DNA of 64,000 nucleotides from Octopus sinensis. Taxonomy: Eukaryota. The stretch spans positions 16,988,001-17,052,000 of the forward strand of contig NC_043010.1 of assembly GCF_006345805.1 (NCBI RefSeq), written 5' to 3'. The notes under the pieces are model-generated. The model had not been told where the DNA came from and ran no database searches. It saw nothing but the letters and a program-made list of their open reading frames with translations. The translations under genes and the position numbers were made by a program. Below, piece after piece: positions 41,384 through 54,547 of this stretch (position 1 is the stretch's first letter; each line of letters opens with the position of its first letter).

Positions 41384-42545
41384 TTCAGCAAAATTTAGAT
41401 TCAAATGAATATGGTACTTAAGTTAGATGCACCAGAATTTTGTATGGTGTTATCCATATAAATCCATGGGGTGATTATAATCAAAATAAGCAACAAGAAT
41501 AACTTCGGTAATTTGGTACGATCGTTTCACGCTACATCATTTTATTAAATGTTGTAAGCATTACAACAGATTTAAAATGCTGAGCACTCATCAGCCAGTA
41601 ATAGAGGTTTTCCATTAATACATAATTGTCATATCAATTGATAACATTATAGAGAAGGTAGATATATAGACAAAGATGTGGAGTTAAATTTTAAGAACAT
41701 TTAAGGTAGTGGAGTTTATCAACTGACTGAAGAATATTCAGTTATTTTGAACTGCTAGAAGGTTTTGAGAAGAATGAACAATTGAAAGGAGACAAGAAAT
41801 ATTTTCTATTTATAGAAATAGGGGTGAAATAGATGTCAAAGTTCCATATAAAGAAATTGAGATAGAGAGAAAAGGGTTGTCACACTACAGATGCCTTTTA
41901 CTACTATTTAGCATTAGGAAAACTAGCTTAATGTCAAATGGTTATAATGACCACTCATAGAGAATGCAGAGATTTTTTAAAACTTATATACATCAACTTT
42001 ATAATTAGCTGATAGGTTTTGAGTATTTTGATACGTTGGATTAAAGGAGAAATTATAAATCTACTATTTATTCAATTTAGAAAAAAATCTATCACTTATT
42101 ATGAGTAGGCATAATACTTATTAATTGGGGGTGTGACAACCCTTTTCTCTCTACCTCAATTTCTTTATATGGAACTTTGACATCTATTTCACCCCTATTT
42201 CTATAAATAGAAAATATTTCTTGTCTCCTTTCAATTGTTCATTCTTCTCAAAACCTTCTAGCAGTTCAAAATAACTGAATATTCTTCAGTCAGTTGATAA
42301 ACTCCACTACCTTAAATGTTCTTAAAATTTAACTCCACATCTTTGTCTATATATCTACCTTCTCTATAATGTTATCAATTGATATGACAATTATGTATTA
42401 ATGGAAAACCTCTATTACTGGCTGATGAGTGCTCAGCATTTCAAAACTGTTGTAATACTTACAACGTTTAATAAAATGATGTAGCGTGAAACGATCGTAC
42501 CAAATTACCGAAGTTATTCTTGTTGCTTATTTTGATTATATATTA
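41381..42545. mobile_element. Penelope-type inverted terminal-repeat structure
   Basis: Arms of about 410 bp at 41476-41885 and 42131-42540, nearly identical, each carrying a hammerhead. Begins at a (TA)n tract. Confidence 0.8.
42419..42502 (+). ncRNA. Type I hammerhead ribozyme (inverted copy at 41514-41597 on the minus strand)
   Basis: Stem I TGG/CCA, CTGATGA, long stem II GTGCT..AGCGT, GAAACGATCGTA with palindromic stem III. Confidence 0.72.
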
Positions 42546-42615
42546 ATATATATCAATTTATGTTGCAAGATTCCTGATGTGAAATCGTATGTTGAAACAG
42601 ATATTATTGTATATC

Positions 42616-42850
42616 GGGATGATCATTTTTTCTTGCCAAATAAACACACACACACACCATATATTTATTCTTCACTCGTTTATTACTCTTCTTATGTTAA
42701 CTCATGTCAATTGTCCGGAAAAGAGGTCACAGAGGTGGGACGAAAGATTTCCGAACAATGAACATGAGTCAAAATAAGAACAATAATAAACGAGTGAAAA
42801 CAAATAGATAGTACGGGAGTTTATTTGGCAAGAAAAAAAATGACCATCCC
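42616..42850. mobile_element. Fold-back MITE-like element
   Basis: Imperfect arms of about 100 bp: GGGATGATCATTTTTTCTTGCCAAATAAAC ... GTTTATTTGGCAAGAAAAAAAATGACCATCCC. Confidence 0.65.
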
Positions 42851-43184
42851 AAAATACTATATCCTCTGTGTGTATATATAGCACATACTTAATACACGCC
42901 CCATATACTCTCTATACACTATATAAATCTTTTGATTACACAATAAAAAGATACCACAACCCCACCCTTCTCTGGAACCCACTCCAAACAATTAACGCAA
43001 TACAATTACTAACCAATAAACTGACACCCATGCTGCCTCTGTTCGGTTCAATAACCACCCGACACTAAAGCATATAAAACCAAAGGCACTACATAGACGA
43101 GCACATGGCAATAATAATGATAATGATTAATTATTTTATTGTTAATAATTAATTCTTTTATGATGACAATAATAATGATTCTGA

Positions 43185-43350
43185 CTGGGACCCCGCCTGC
43201 AAGTCTTACGCTGTTTATCTTGATATGAGATCACCATGATACGCATGTACCTGGTGTACCCTTATGAAACAGGTAGTCATGGTGGGTATACTGGGCTTCG
43301 TAGATTTGTACCCCAGTGTTACTTTGATGGTATGCACTGCTCTCTCACTC
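43185..43350 (+). mobile_element. 3' UTR of another LINE/SINE ending in (AAT)n
   Basis: Unique sequence ending CTCTCTCACTC followed by (AAT)n. Confidence 0.45.
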
Positions 43351-43363
43351 AATAATAATAATG

Positions 43364-43405
<42 letters not shown>

Positions 43406-43430
43406 TAATAATAATAATAATAATAATAAT

Positions 43431-43905
43431 GAGAAAGCAACCATACTATGGGATATGCCAATACACACAGATAGAGAAATTAAGGACAATAGGCCAGATA
43501 TAGTTGTCAGAGATCATGAAGAAAAAAATGCTTTCTAATTGATGTATCAATACCAACAGATGACAACGTGTCTCTAAAAGAAATGGAGAAACTTTCAAAA
43601 TACAAAGACCTAGAAATAGAGGTAACTCGAATGTGGAATCTAAAAACAGAATCAATTCCTATCATAGTAGGCGCATTAGGTATGATAAAAAAATATTCAG
43701 ACAAATACATAACAAAAACACCAGGACTTAGAAATATATACAACATACAGAAAATTGCACTACTAGGCACTGCACACATCCTACGCAAAACACTTTCAAT
43801 GCAGTACCAATAAGAGCATCACAACAAACCACAGCACATACCCAGGGCACACAGAGCTGCGCTCGGTAGTGAAGTGAAAGCATGATATAAAAATAAACTA
43901 CTGAA
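43431..43905 (+). mobile_element. R4/Dong-like LINE 3' end (restriction-like endonuclease) in a (TAA)n tract
   Basis: NRPDIVVRDHEEKK..IDVSIP..EKLSKYKDLEIE..IIVGALG..QKIALLGT. Flanked by AAT repeats. Confidence 0.88.
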
Positions 43906-44389
43906 TAATACTAATAATAATAAAAATTCTCTCGAATTTTGACACCAGGCCAAAAATTTTTAGAAAAGTGGGGAATAGTTTACATCGACCCCGAAAACAT
44001 GAAAAGTAAAGTCGACCTCGGCAGCATTTGAACGCTGAACGTAAAGAGTCGGAGGAAATAGTCCGATGTGCTAACGATTCTGTCAGCCCGGAGCCCAAAT
44101 AACAATAATAATAACCATTTATACTACAGGCACAAGGCCTGAAAATTGGGGGTACGGATTTAGTCGATTACATCGACCCTAGTGTTCAACTGGTATTTAT
44201 TTCATCGGCCCCGAACGGATGAACAGCGGAGTTTGAACTCAGAACGTAAAAAAAAAAACAGAAGAAATGTTAGTAAATATGTGCTGCGCTCTGCTGACGG
44301 CGCTACAAGCTCATCATCGAAAGAACACAAATAATTATAAGCGAGGTAATAATATAAAGAAGAAAAAAATAAACATAAGGCTTAGCTAC

Positions 44390-44434
44390 CTGTCCAATGT
44401 TTATAGGCGAACCAATTACAGACAAGGGCTTCAT
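44390..44434 (-). CDS. ARG: Arginase coding exon 1 (MKPLSVIGSPINIGQ)
   Basis: ATG at 44434, 45 nt, ends CAG|GTAGCT. Matches the arginase N-terminal strand (IIGAPFSKGQ-like) and joins in frame to the next exon. Confidence 0.88.
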
Positions 44435-44538
44435 TGCAGCGGTCGAAGTTTCAATTCTGTCTGAAGTCGACGGTGGAAAACTTTAACGCTTGGTCTTCTT
44501 GTTCGAATCTGTTTAGCGAAACGGCACCTAACCACAAA

Positions 44539-44547
44539 CTTTATATA
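44539..44547 (-). promoter_or_regulatory. Candidate TATA box of the arginase gene
   Basis: TATATAAAG on the minus strand about 105 nt upstream of the ATG. Low specificity in this AT-rich genome. Confidence 0.5.
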
Positions 44548-44635
44548 GCAACGTTGTATGCATATATATATCTGTATGTGTGTGGGTGTGTATGTGTTTA
44601 TGTATGCCTATATATCCGTGTGTTCATGTGTGTGT

Positions 44636-44790
44636 GTGTGTCTATATAGCCGTGTGTGTGTGTGTGTCTATATAGCCGTGTGTGTGTGTGTGTCTATATA
44701 GCCGTGTGTGTGTGTGTCTATATAGCCGTGTGTTCATGTGTGTATGTGTGTGTCTATATAGCCGTGTGTGTGTCTATATAGCCGTGTTTG
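44636..44790. repeat. Minisatellite (GTCTATATAGCC(GT)n), about 6 units
   Basis: Direct tandem units upstream of arginase exon 1. Confidence 0.85.
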
Positions 44791-44978
44791 TGTGTGTGTG
44801 TGTTGCATGTCTTATATAATAAACTCGATTAGAATGTTAATTTCATTCACTTAACAAACGTTCGTCAGGCGTTGAAATAAACTCTTTTTATATTTTTTTA
44901 TAGTAGGTTCTTTTTTCTGCGAACTGATATTTCACTCTCCCCCACCCTCTCTTTAACCCTTTTATGCTTTTTTTCTTC

Positions 44979-45016
<38 letters not shown>

Positions 45017-45364
45017 GTCTGCCTCTCTCTCTCTCTCTCTCTCTCGTTCTCTCTCTCTTTCTCTTTCTCACACTCCATTTCACACACACATGCGCGCCCG
45101 CACACGTCACATACACACTCCCTCGCACTCTCTCCTCTCTCTCTCTCTCTCTTTCACACAGTCGTAGTTCTTTCTCCCTTCCTCTCCCCTTCTCCTACAT
45201 CCACAAATTCTCACTCTCTTTCCCTCTCTACTCCTGCAACTCTCTTTCTCTCTCGCACCCTCCCCCCTTCCCCCCCTCAACACACGCGACACATTCATCC
45301 GCACACGCGCACTTGTACGCGGACCAAGTCAAATACTTCAAAAACGGATGTAGGAAAAGAGACT

Positions 45365-45857
45365 ATACACACACACATACACACATACATACACACATGC
45401 ACACATACATACACACATATATACACACACACATACATACATACACACATACATACACACATACATACACACATACATACACACATGCACACATACATAC
45501 ACACATATATACACACACACATACATACATACACACACATACACACATACATACACACATGCATACATACATACACACATATACACACATACATACATAC
45601 ACACATACATACACATATACACACATACATACACACATACATACACACATACATACATACATACATATATGCATATGTACATACATGCATACATACACAC
45701 ATACATACACACATACATACATACATACATATATGCATATGTACATACATGCATACATACACACATACATACACACATACATACATACATACATATATGC
45801 ATATGTACATACATGCATACGTACATACACACATACATATATACATATATACATGCA

Positions 45858-45890
<33 letters not shown>

Positions 45891-46049
45891 GCATATGTAC
45901 ATACATGCATACACACACACACATACATACATACATAATACATACATACACACATACATACATACATACATACATACATACATGCATACGTACATGCATG
46001 CATACATACATACATACATACATGCATACGTACATGCATACATACATGC

Positions 46050-46091
<42 letters not shown>

Positions 46092-46400
46092 CATACGTTG
46101 GAACCTGTTGCACTTCCTGGCCTTGAGAGCTCCTATTAAACCGTCCAACCCATGACAGCATGGAAGACGGATGTGAACCGTTGATGATGATGATTTATGT
46201 ACACGCGTAAGCACATGATTATATATGTGCGCATGTATGAGTATCCATATACACACGCAAGCACATATACACACACATACACACACATACACAATATACG
46301 ATATTTAGAGGCGAACAATATAACTATATGTATGAATATATGCACGTCTGTATATATGTATGCTTTTGTCAGTCTATCTATCTATCTATCTATCTATATA

Positions 46401-46431
<31 letters not shown>

Positions 46432-46444
46432 GTCTATCTGTCTA

Positions 46445-46504
<60 letters not shown>

Positions 46505-46644
46505 TCTATCTGTCTATCTATCTGTCTGTCTATCTATCTGTCTGTCTATCTATCTATCTGTCTGTCTATCTATCTATCTATCTATCTATCTGTCTGCCTG
46601 TCTATATATATATCTATCAATCTGTCTATCTATCTCTGCCTGTT

Positions 46645-46730
<86 letters not shown>
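45365..46730. repeat. Compound (CA)/(CATA)n and (CTAT)/(CTGT)n microsatellite region
   Basis: Directly visible. Source of the long spurious YIHT/MYVC/YLSI ORFs. Confidence 0.92.
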
Positions 46731-46731
<1 letters not shown>

Positions 46732-46915
46732 GAGTGGTTACAGGGGCTTTATAGCGATTTTGACTGCTATTTCTAGACATGTAAGAGTTTTTGCAACCCT
46801 CTCCATTATAATTGTGATTTATTCAAAATTATGCATAATTCCTTTATGAAAAAAGTCTTGACCGCATGTTCTCGCCATTGATATATTAGTAAATAATTTT
46901 GTATTGTTTACAATG

Positions 46916-47311
46916 ACTCTTTTACTCTTTTACTTGTTTCAGTCATTTGACTGCGGCCATGCTGGAGCACCGCCTTTTAATCGAGCAACTCGAACCCGGG
47001 ACTTATTCTTTTGTAAGCCCAGTACTTATTCTATCGGTCTCTTTTGCCGAACCGCTAAGTAACGGGGACATAAACACATCAGCATCGGTTGTCAAGCAAT
47101 GCTAGGGGGACAAACACAGACACACAAACACACATGCACACACACATATATACGACGGGCTTCTTTCAGTTTCCGTCTACCAAATCCACTCACAAGGCTT
47201 TGGTCGGCCTGAGGCTATAGTAGAAGACACTTGCCCAAGGTGCCACGCAGTGGGACTGAACCCGGAGCCATGCGGTCGGTAAACAAGCTACTTACCACAC
47301 AGCCACTCCTT
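46916..47311 (-). mobile_element. SINE family A, uninterrupted copy (empty target site)
   Basis: Contains contiguous GGAGTGGCTGTGTGGTAAGTAGCTTGTTTACC. Confidence 0.88.
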
Positions 47312-47673
47312 CGTAATGTATTTTCCATTCCTCTTATATATCTATCTCTCTAGCTACATATATATATCACGTCACGTGATCATGTGACCGACCAGGCTAC
47401 CACATGTTGCTACACATCGCTGGTCACAATGCGCTTCGCATTGTTTTAGCCTTCAAATGACACCACCCTGCTGGCTAAGCGAGCAGGCCAACAGAAGAAA
47501 GAGTGAGAGAAAGTTGTGGAGAAAGAGGATCGCCACCAACCCCTGCCGGAGCCTCGTGGAGCTTTAGGTGTTTTCGCTCAATAAACACTCACAACGCCCG
47601 GTCTGGGAATCGAAACCGCGATCCTCCGACCGCGAGTCCGCTGCCCTAACCACTGGGCCATTGCGCCTCCATA

Positions 47674-47737
<64 letters not shown>

Positions 47738-47812
47738 CATATATATATATATATATATATATATCTATATATATATTATATATATATATTATATATATAT
47801 TATATATATATA

Positions 47813-47858
<46 letters not shown>

Positions 47859-48160
47859 ACTGTAATTATATATTATTTTTTATAATGATAATATAGGCTG
47901 CAATTACAGCGTCTAATCTAAACACGTGACTGAAGAAAAGCATTGATGACGTGTTCAATTCCCAGTGGTTCGGCCCATCTTTTTTCAGCCACTTGTTTAG
48001 ATTAGTCACTTTAGAGTCTATATTATCATTGTAAAAAAATAACATAATAGTACGTTTATTATAAAAAGACCTATGTAGTCGCTTTTCTCCGAAATTTAAT
48101 AGTCTTTGGGTTTGTTTATGTGTGAGTGCCTGTGTGCGTGTGTGAAGGCGCATGTATGTG

Positions 48161-48191
<31 letters not shown>

Positions 48192-48634
48192 ATTTTATTT
48201 TGTAATTTTATTTGTATCGTTTTTACGTCCTGTTTGTGTCACATTTTGTTCTTTCCTTGTTTTACCCCTCTGCGAAGTAATTTCCTTTAATTTCTACGCA
48301 GGAAGGGCTAAGTTCGACGAGTCGTGTTCTGTCCTCACCTTCGAAACACACTGGAGTTGAACTAGGGACAGCTGATGAAGTTTGTCTAGTACTCTGTTTT
48401 TTCTTATTTTTACGTTTTCGTTCTCGTTGAGTTCTGCGTCTATTTGTGGTGTCCTGTACTCACGTATATATATTTATATATGCATGTATATATACATGTA
48501 GATGTAGGTACGTACACATATGTATGTATGTATGCATATATTTTATTTATTACGCTATTGTATGACTGAGCGCCTTCGCGTCGATTCGATTCTATTCGTT
48601 CCGTTTCGTTTCGTTTCTTCTTCTTCTGCCAGTA

Positions 48635-48690
<56 letters not shown>

Positions 48691-48697
48691 TATGTAC

Positions 48698-48785
<88 letters not shown>

Positions 48786-49021
48786 TAATATATATATATG
48801 TATATATATATGTATATATAGATATAATTTAAAAATAGGATAAAATCTTCATAAAAAATTATCAAGTAGTTAGCGTGAAAAACCTCATAAGAGAAAAAAT
48901 CCACAAACTTTTTTCACTTAATATATTTAAGTGAAAAAAATATAAATATAATATGTATATATAGATATGTATGTATATATATATAAGGCGCATGTATGTA
49001 TGTATGTATGTATGTATATAT

Positions 49022-49059
<38 letters not shown>

Positions 49060-49184
49060 TATATAATATATATATATATAATATATATATATAATATATA
49101 TATATATATAACGTAAAGTATACTAGCCATATAAATATGGCTACCACTAAGGATGGGTGTTACTGTTGCTTTTAGCCCCAGGAG

Positions 49185-49402
49185 ATCATCGTCTCCAGCT
49201 GGCTTTAGGCACACTTCCTGTGCCCTTATGATATTTGCAAAGGGAGGTCATCCCCTCTCGTAAACCTAAGCGTTACGCACGGACTGCAGTTTCGAGGACT
49301 GCAGTCCGTGCGTATCGCTTATGTTTACGAGAGGGGATGACCTCCTTTGCAAATATCATAAGGGCACAGGAAGTGTGCCTAAAGCCAGCTGGAGACGATG
49401 AT
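49185..49402. repeat. About 218-bp fold-back palindrome
   Basis: Near-perfect arms with apex GGACTGCAGT-TTCGAGG-ACTGCAGTCC. A related single arm lies at about 8167-8210. Confidence 0.88.
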
Positions 49403-49615
49403 TAATTTTTAAAAAATGAAGAAAAAAACAAGGAAAAACAGCAACGCGAGGACGTGGTACATGCAAAGTATTAACAGACGCTCAGGGACGGAAAGAAAGG
49501 TTGTTTCACGTTTCGAACAAAGCTCTTCTTCAGAAACAGGTGACAGAGGAATGTCAAAAAAAAAGGAAGGTGGAGGAAAAAAATCGCCAACAATCCACAC
49601 ACACACACACACACA

Positions 49616-49760
<145 letters not shown>

Positions 49761-51224
49761 ATGAGGATAAAATTTCTTTCGAAAAAAATATTTTTTTCGA
49801 AAAAAATTTTATCAATGGCCAGCATATTAAAAAATACCTTAAACGGTTAAATTTATAAACAATTCATAAATGAGGGCAAAGGAAAAAATTTCTAATGCCA
49901 AATATGCCGAAAAATTGGACATATTGTCCATTAACCATATAATTTTTTCACAATACGCACGCTACTCGAAAAAAGGTCGACAGAAACTTCTAAAAAATTC
50001 CATTATTACCATATCGGACCGATTTCAGAGTTAGCTACTAAGAGCCCTCTCTTCGTCAGTGATACATGTGGCAAAAGAAATAAATGAGATACTTACTCAT
50101 ACCCATGGAAGAAGCAAACACTAAGTCATGAGCACATGAATCTCTTATGATAAAAGGCAGATTTTCTCTGCCTCCCAAACCGTTCGTTTTTTATACAATT
50201 GTACAATATAGAATTTCTTCAATTGGAATTTCCCAATCATTTTTCCAAGTAGATTCCATCGGGTCGTGGCATGTAAAGTTTTTTCAATTTCACCCCCAAT
50301 TAAGCAAAAATTTCAGAAAAGTAAATATTTTACGATTTCCCTCTTTCATTTCAAGTGCTTCACTCCTACCATTACCACTACACTTTCTCCTCCTTTCTCT
50401 TTGCAAGTGTGCAACAATTAAAGTGAAAGTATTTATATAAAAGGGATGAGCAATTAATACTGGTCATCCTTTTTGCTAGAAGAAGATCCGCTGTGGTCTT
50501 ATATGCTACACCACTGGTTTTCAATTCATATTAATCAAATTAATATTCAATTTTTCACCCTTATTATGTGTGTGTGTATTAGCAATTCGTATAAAATTGC
50601 ATCAATGACTTGAACTTGAATAAGTGGTTTCACATAAATGGGGATACATTAAAAAGTTTGTTGTTATTATTATTACTGTTGACTATTGTAATCACGTTTG
50701 TTGGTTCCTCGTCAGGGAAACGTTGTTGTGTTGCATTTGTTAAATAATTGTAAACCGTAACCCTCCCCCTTTCGGAGAAGGGGCTTTGGTTATTGTTTTA
50801 AAATTGAATTGTGTCCCTGTTTGGGGAAATTGACAATATTTTCACCATCTTTACGGAAGCATTTTTGTTAAAATGCCTTCGATAGAAGAAAGTCCAAAAA
50901 TGAATTTCGCTGCAGCCGTACACTTCTATACAAGAGGGAGGACAAGATCCACTTGATCGAAATTGCAAGAGACGGGCCTACAATTCCAGTCTGTTATATA
51001 TTTTGAGTATTGTTATCACTAGCGATATCAAGATATAACTTTGTATTTTGTATTTTATGTGTAGATGTATATATATAGATGTACATGTAATATGTACACA
51101 TATATATATATACACATATATATATGCATAATATATCTACCCATACACGCACACGTACACACACACACACACACCACACACACACACACATACATAGGGG
51201 CAGGTGTTGCTGTGTGGTAACAAA

Positions 51225-52525
51225 CTACGTTCGAAGATACTGTACTTGATATGGGCGGTAGTGCCTTGCCGGTCTATGGCCTACCTTCAACAAACCGGGA
51301 AGGCACAAACACTCTGTCTTCACATTTGCTGCGTGAGACATGTTTTAATGTTGACGAGCTTGCCGAGTACATAGCCGACAATGAGCCAAAGCTCCTTCCA
51401 GAACAGAAGTTCGCTTACAACTCCGTTGTTAATTCAGTCCGGGCCAAAGCTGTGGGGATATTTTTCCTGGACGCTCCTGGGGGCACTGGGAAAACTTTTC
51501 TCAACAAATTAATATTGGCTGAGATTAGGCGAACACAAGGCATTGCCCTAGCTGTGGCATCATCTGGAATTGCGGCTACTTTGTTGCCAGGCGGCAGGAC
51601 AGCTCACTCCACTTTCAAGCTTCCGCTTGACTTAGCGAAGACTGAGACACCAACTTGCAACATCAGTAACAGCTCCGATCAGGCAGAAGTCTTCAGACGA
51701 TGCAAGCTTATCGTTTGGGATGAATGCACGATGGCCCACAGATGTGCTCTTGAGGCACTAGATAGATCTCTCAGAGACATCAAACACTCTTCAGCTCCCA
51801 TGGGAGGCATAACACTTCTTCTTTCAGGGGACTTCGACAAACACTTCCCGTTATTCCCAAAGTAAGTGCGTGTCTTAAGTCATCCACATTGTGGCCACTG
51901 GTGAAGACTCTCAAACTTCACACCAATATGCGTGCTCATATGCGACGTAATATCACATCAGCAGCATTTTCTCACACCCTCCTTGCACTTGGCGAAGGCA
52001 AAATACCAGGGGATGAAAATGGTAATATTGCCATCGATTCCATTTGTACCATTGTTAAAACGCCTTCTGATCTCAGAGATGCAGTGTTCCCAGATCTACA
52101 AGCTAATTATCAGAATATGGATTGGATTGGCCAAAGGGCTATTCTGGCCCCGAGGAATAAAACTGTTCACCATATTAATGATGAAATGTTAAAACTCATT
52201 CCTGGGGATGTCTATGTATATAAGTCTATCGATACAACTCCTGACCCAGAAGACGTCATCAACTATCCAATAGAGGTACTCAATTCCTTTCAGCCCCCCG
52301 GACTACCACCACACATTCTCAAACTTAAAGTTGGTGCCCCTATAATGCTCATTAGAAATTTGGTTCCCCCCCAAAAATGCAATGGCACACGTTTGATCGT
52401 TAAGTCCTTATCTCCCACCGTAAACTTATATCAATATTTGCCTGAATAATCATCATAATTCAGTGCAATCATTAACAGTACTTTCAAGCAATTCAGCCCC
52501 GAGCATCGCCGGGCAATTCTGCTAG
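51225..52525 (+). mobile_element. Helitron 3' portion (Pif1-type helicase, disrupted)
   Basis: DAPGGTGKT, VASSGIAATLLPGGRTAHS, IVWDECTM, GDF, LKVGAPIMLIRNL and CNGTRL motifs. 3' hairpin CCCCGAGCATCGCCGGG followed by CTAG|T. Confidence 0.93.
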
Positions 52526-52817
52526 TTGTTTATAAATTTAACCGTTTAAGGTATTTTTTAATCTGCTGGCCATTGATAAAATTTTTTTCTAAAAAAAAAT
52601 TTTTTTCGAAAGAAATTTTATCCTCATTAGATATAAATTTAAGCGTTCACTTCCGGACTATCTCACTCTGTGAGAGCCTCAGTTCAAATCGCACGTGTCT
52701 CGAATGGGCTGGAGTATTTCTATTTTGGATGTATTTGGGGTAATTAGTTGTGCTCATGACTTAGTGTTTGCTCCTTCCATGGGTATGAGTAAGTATCTCA
52801 TTTATTTCTTTTGCCAC

Positions 52818-52876
52818 ATGTATCACTGACGAAGAGAGGGCTCTTAGTAGCCAACTCTGAAATCGGTCCGATATGG
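52818..52876 (+). ncRNA. Type I hammerhead ribozyme (inverted copy at about 50010-50068 on the minus strand)
   Basis: Stem I TGTATC/GATATG, CTGACGA, stem II AGAG/CTCT, GAAATCGGTC with GUC triplet. Confidence 0.7.
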
Positions 52877-53020
52877 TAATAATGGAATTTTTTAGAAGTT
52901 TCTTTACAAAGAATAAATCCTGGGGTTGATTTCTTCAACTAAAAACGCTTTAACGTGGTGCTCCAGCATGGCCACAGTGAATTGACTGAAACGTGTAAAA
53001 GGATACACACACACACACAG

Positions 53021-53061
<41 letters not shown>

Positions 53062-53903
53062 CATACATACATACATGTATATATGCATGTGCGTGCGCGC
53101 GCGTGTGATTAGACTGCGACCATGTTTGGACACTCGAAGGATTTAAGTCGGACGAGTCGACCCACGCACTTAAAGCTATTAAGCTTAATCCTCATTCGAT
53201 CGGTTACGGGAACGTAAACACACCCACACCGGTGGTGAGGCAAGCACAGACAATGACACACACACACACACACACACAAAATACCTATACAGGTATGCAC
53301 GATTGTGTTTATTTGTGTGTATGTATCTGCGCACGTGTTTTTTTAAATGTGTGGCCAGTCGACCCACCCGGATCTCAACATTTTTTAAATAAAATGTTCT
53401 ATTTGCACCATTTCTACCCCTCCTTCTCTCCACTCACTCCCCCTCCACTCCACATCCATCTCTCTCTCTTTCTCCTTCTCCTCCCTCTCTCTCCCATTTC
53501 TCTCTTCCTTTCGCTGAGAAATTTTTGAAACTATAAAATGTGACTTCGGTCTTTATAATTATGAAAGTACAGCTTTTCGAAGGCCACGGCCTGGCCAAAT
53601 CGGTTGCACACCGAGAAAAATGCTTAACGTCATTTCAAGTTCTGAGTTCAAATTCAGTTGAAGTCGATATTTGCTTTTTCTCCTTTTGAGGTTGATGAAA
53701 TAAATATCAGTTGAGGACAGGACTTGATGTAATCGACTTAATCCACCCACCCACCGAAATTACTGACTTTCTGCCAAAATTTAAAACCAATATTCTTTGC
53801 AGTCAACCTCTAACCTCCCCCCCCCACACACACACACACATTTTCCTTCGTTATTTCCTCTCTGTCTCATTTCGCTCTGTCTATTTGTCTATATCATTTT
53901 TAA

Positions 53904-54005
53904 CAACATTAGTGTTGACAGGGACTTTGAAGTTTCGGCCCACTTAGCATTCGCCGAACTGTCCAATGAGCCGAGACTTCGAAGTCGCTATCAACACTAA
54001 TGTTG
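53904..54005. repeat. Short palindromic MITE-like hairpin
   Basis: CAACATTAGTGTTGACAGGGACTTTGAAGTTTCGGC versus GCCGAGACTTCGAAGTCGCTATCAACACTAATGTTG. Confidence 0.65.
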
Positions 54006-54121
54006 TAAAAGGAGAATTTTTTGAGGGATTTTTCAGTTTCATGTAAAATTGTTTTTGTCGTGGACATACATACATACATACATACATACATACATACTTA
54101 CATACATACATACTTACATAC

Positions 54122-54176
<55 letters not shown>

Positions 54177-54178
54177 GA

Positions 54179-54373
54179 CGCCATGATAGATCGTTAGCCA
54201 CTACACACATCTATTTCTCTCCTTGTTTTTTTCTGTGTCCCTTTCTGTAGAAGAGCGTAGGCTCGAAACGTAAAATACTTTTTCTATTCCTGAGCGTTAT
54301 ACTAATACATCTGTTTGTTTTGTACACCACCTGTCTTCGTCTTTTGTTGTTGTTTTTTTCGTGAACTCTCCCT
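54179..54373 (+). mobile_element. Solo Penelope terminal repeat
   Basis: CGCCATGATAGATCGTTAGCCACTACACA matches the reverse complement of 32889-32918. Ends at a (TA)n tract. Confidence 0.75.
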
Positions 54374-54475
54374 ATATATATATACGTATATGTATGTATG
54401 TATGTATATATATATGTATGCATGTATTTATGTATGTATATATATTTATACTGTGTGTATGTGTGTGTATAAATG

Positions 54476-54547
<72 letters not shown>

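Noticed and set aside
44636-44790. Repeat-spacer-like array resembling CRISPR
   Set aside because: The spacers are (GT)n, the context is eukaryotic and there are no cas genes.
48330-48385. CTTCGAAAC...GCTGATGAAG hammerhead-like halves in reversed order
   Set aside because: I could not close the stems. It may be a remnant of a tandem ribozyme repeat but is unsupported here.
50935-50975. GATC-CACTT-GATC-GAAATTGCAA stem II/GAAA-like motif
   Set aside because: The 5' core is too degenerate to call a ribozyme.
51196-51222. SINE family A head truncated at GTGGTAA, the same site as the ORF1-element target
   Set aside because: It is followed by Helitron sequence with no TSD or ORF1-element end, so it may be coincidence.
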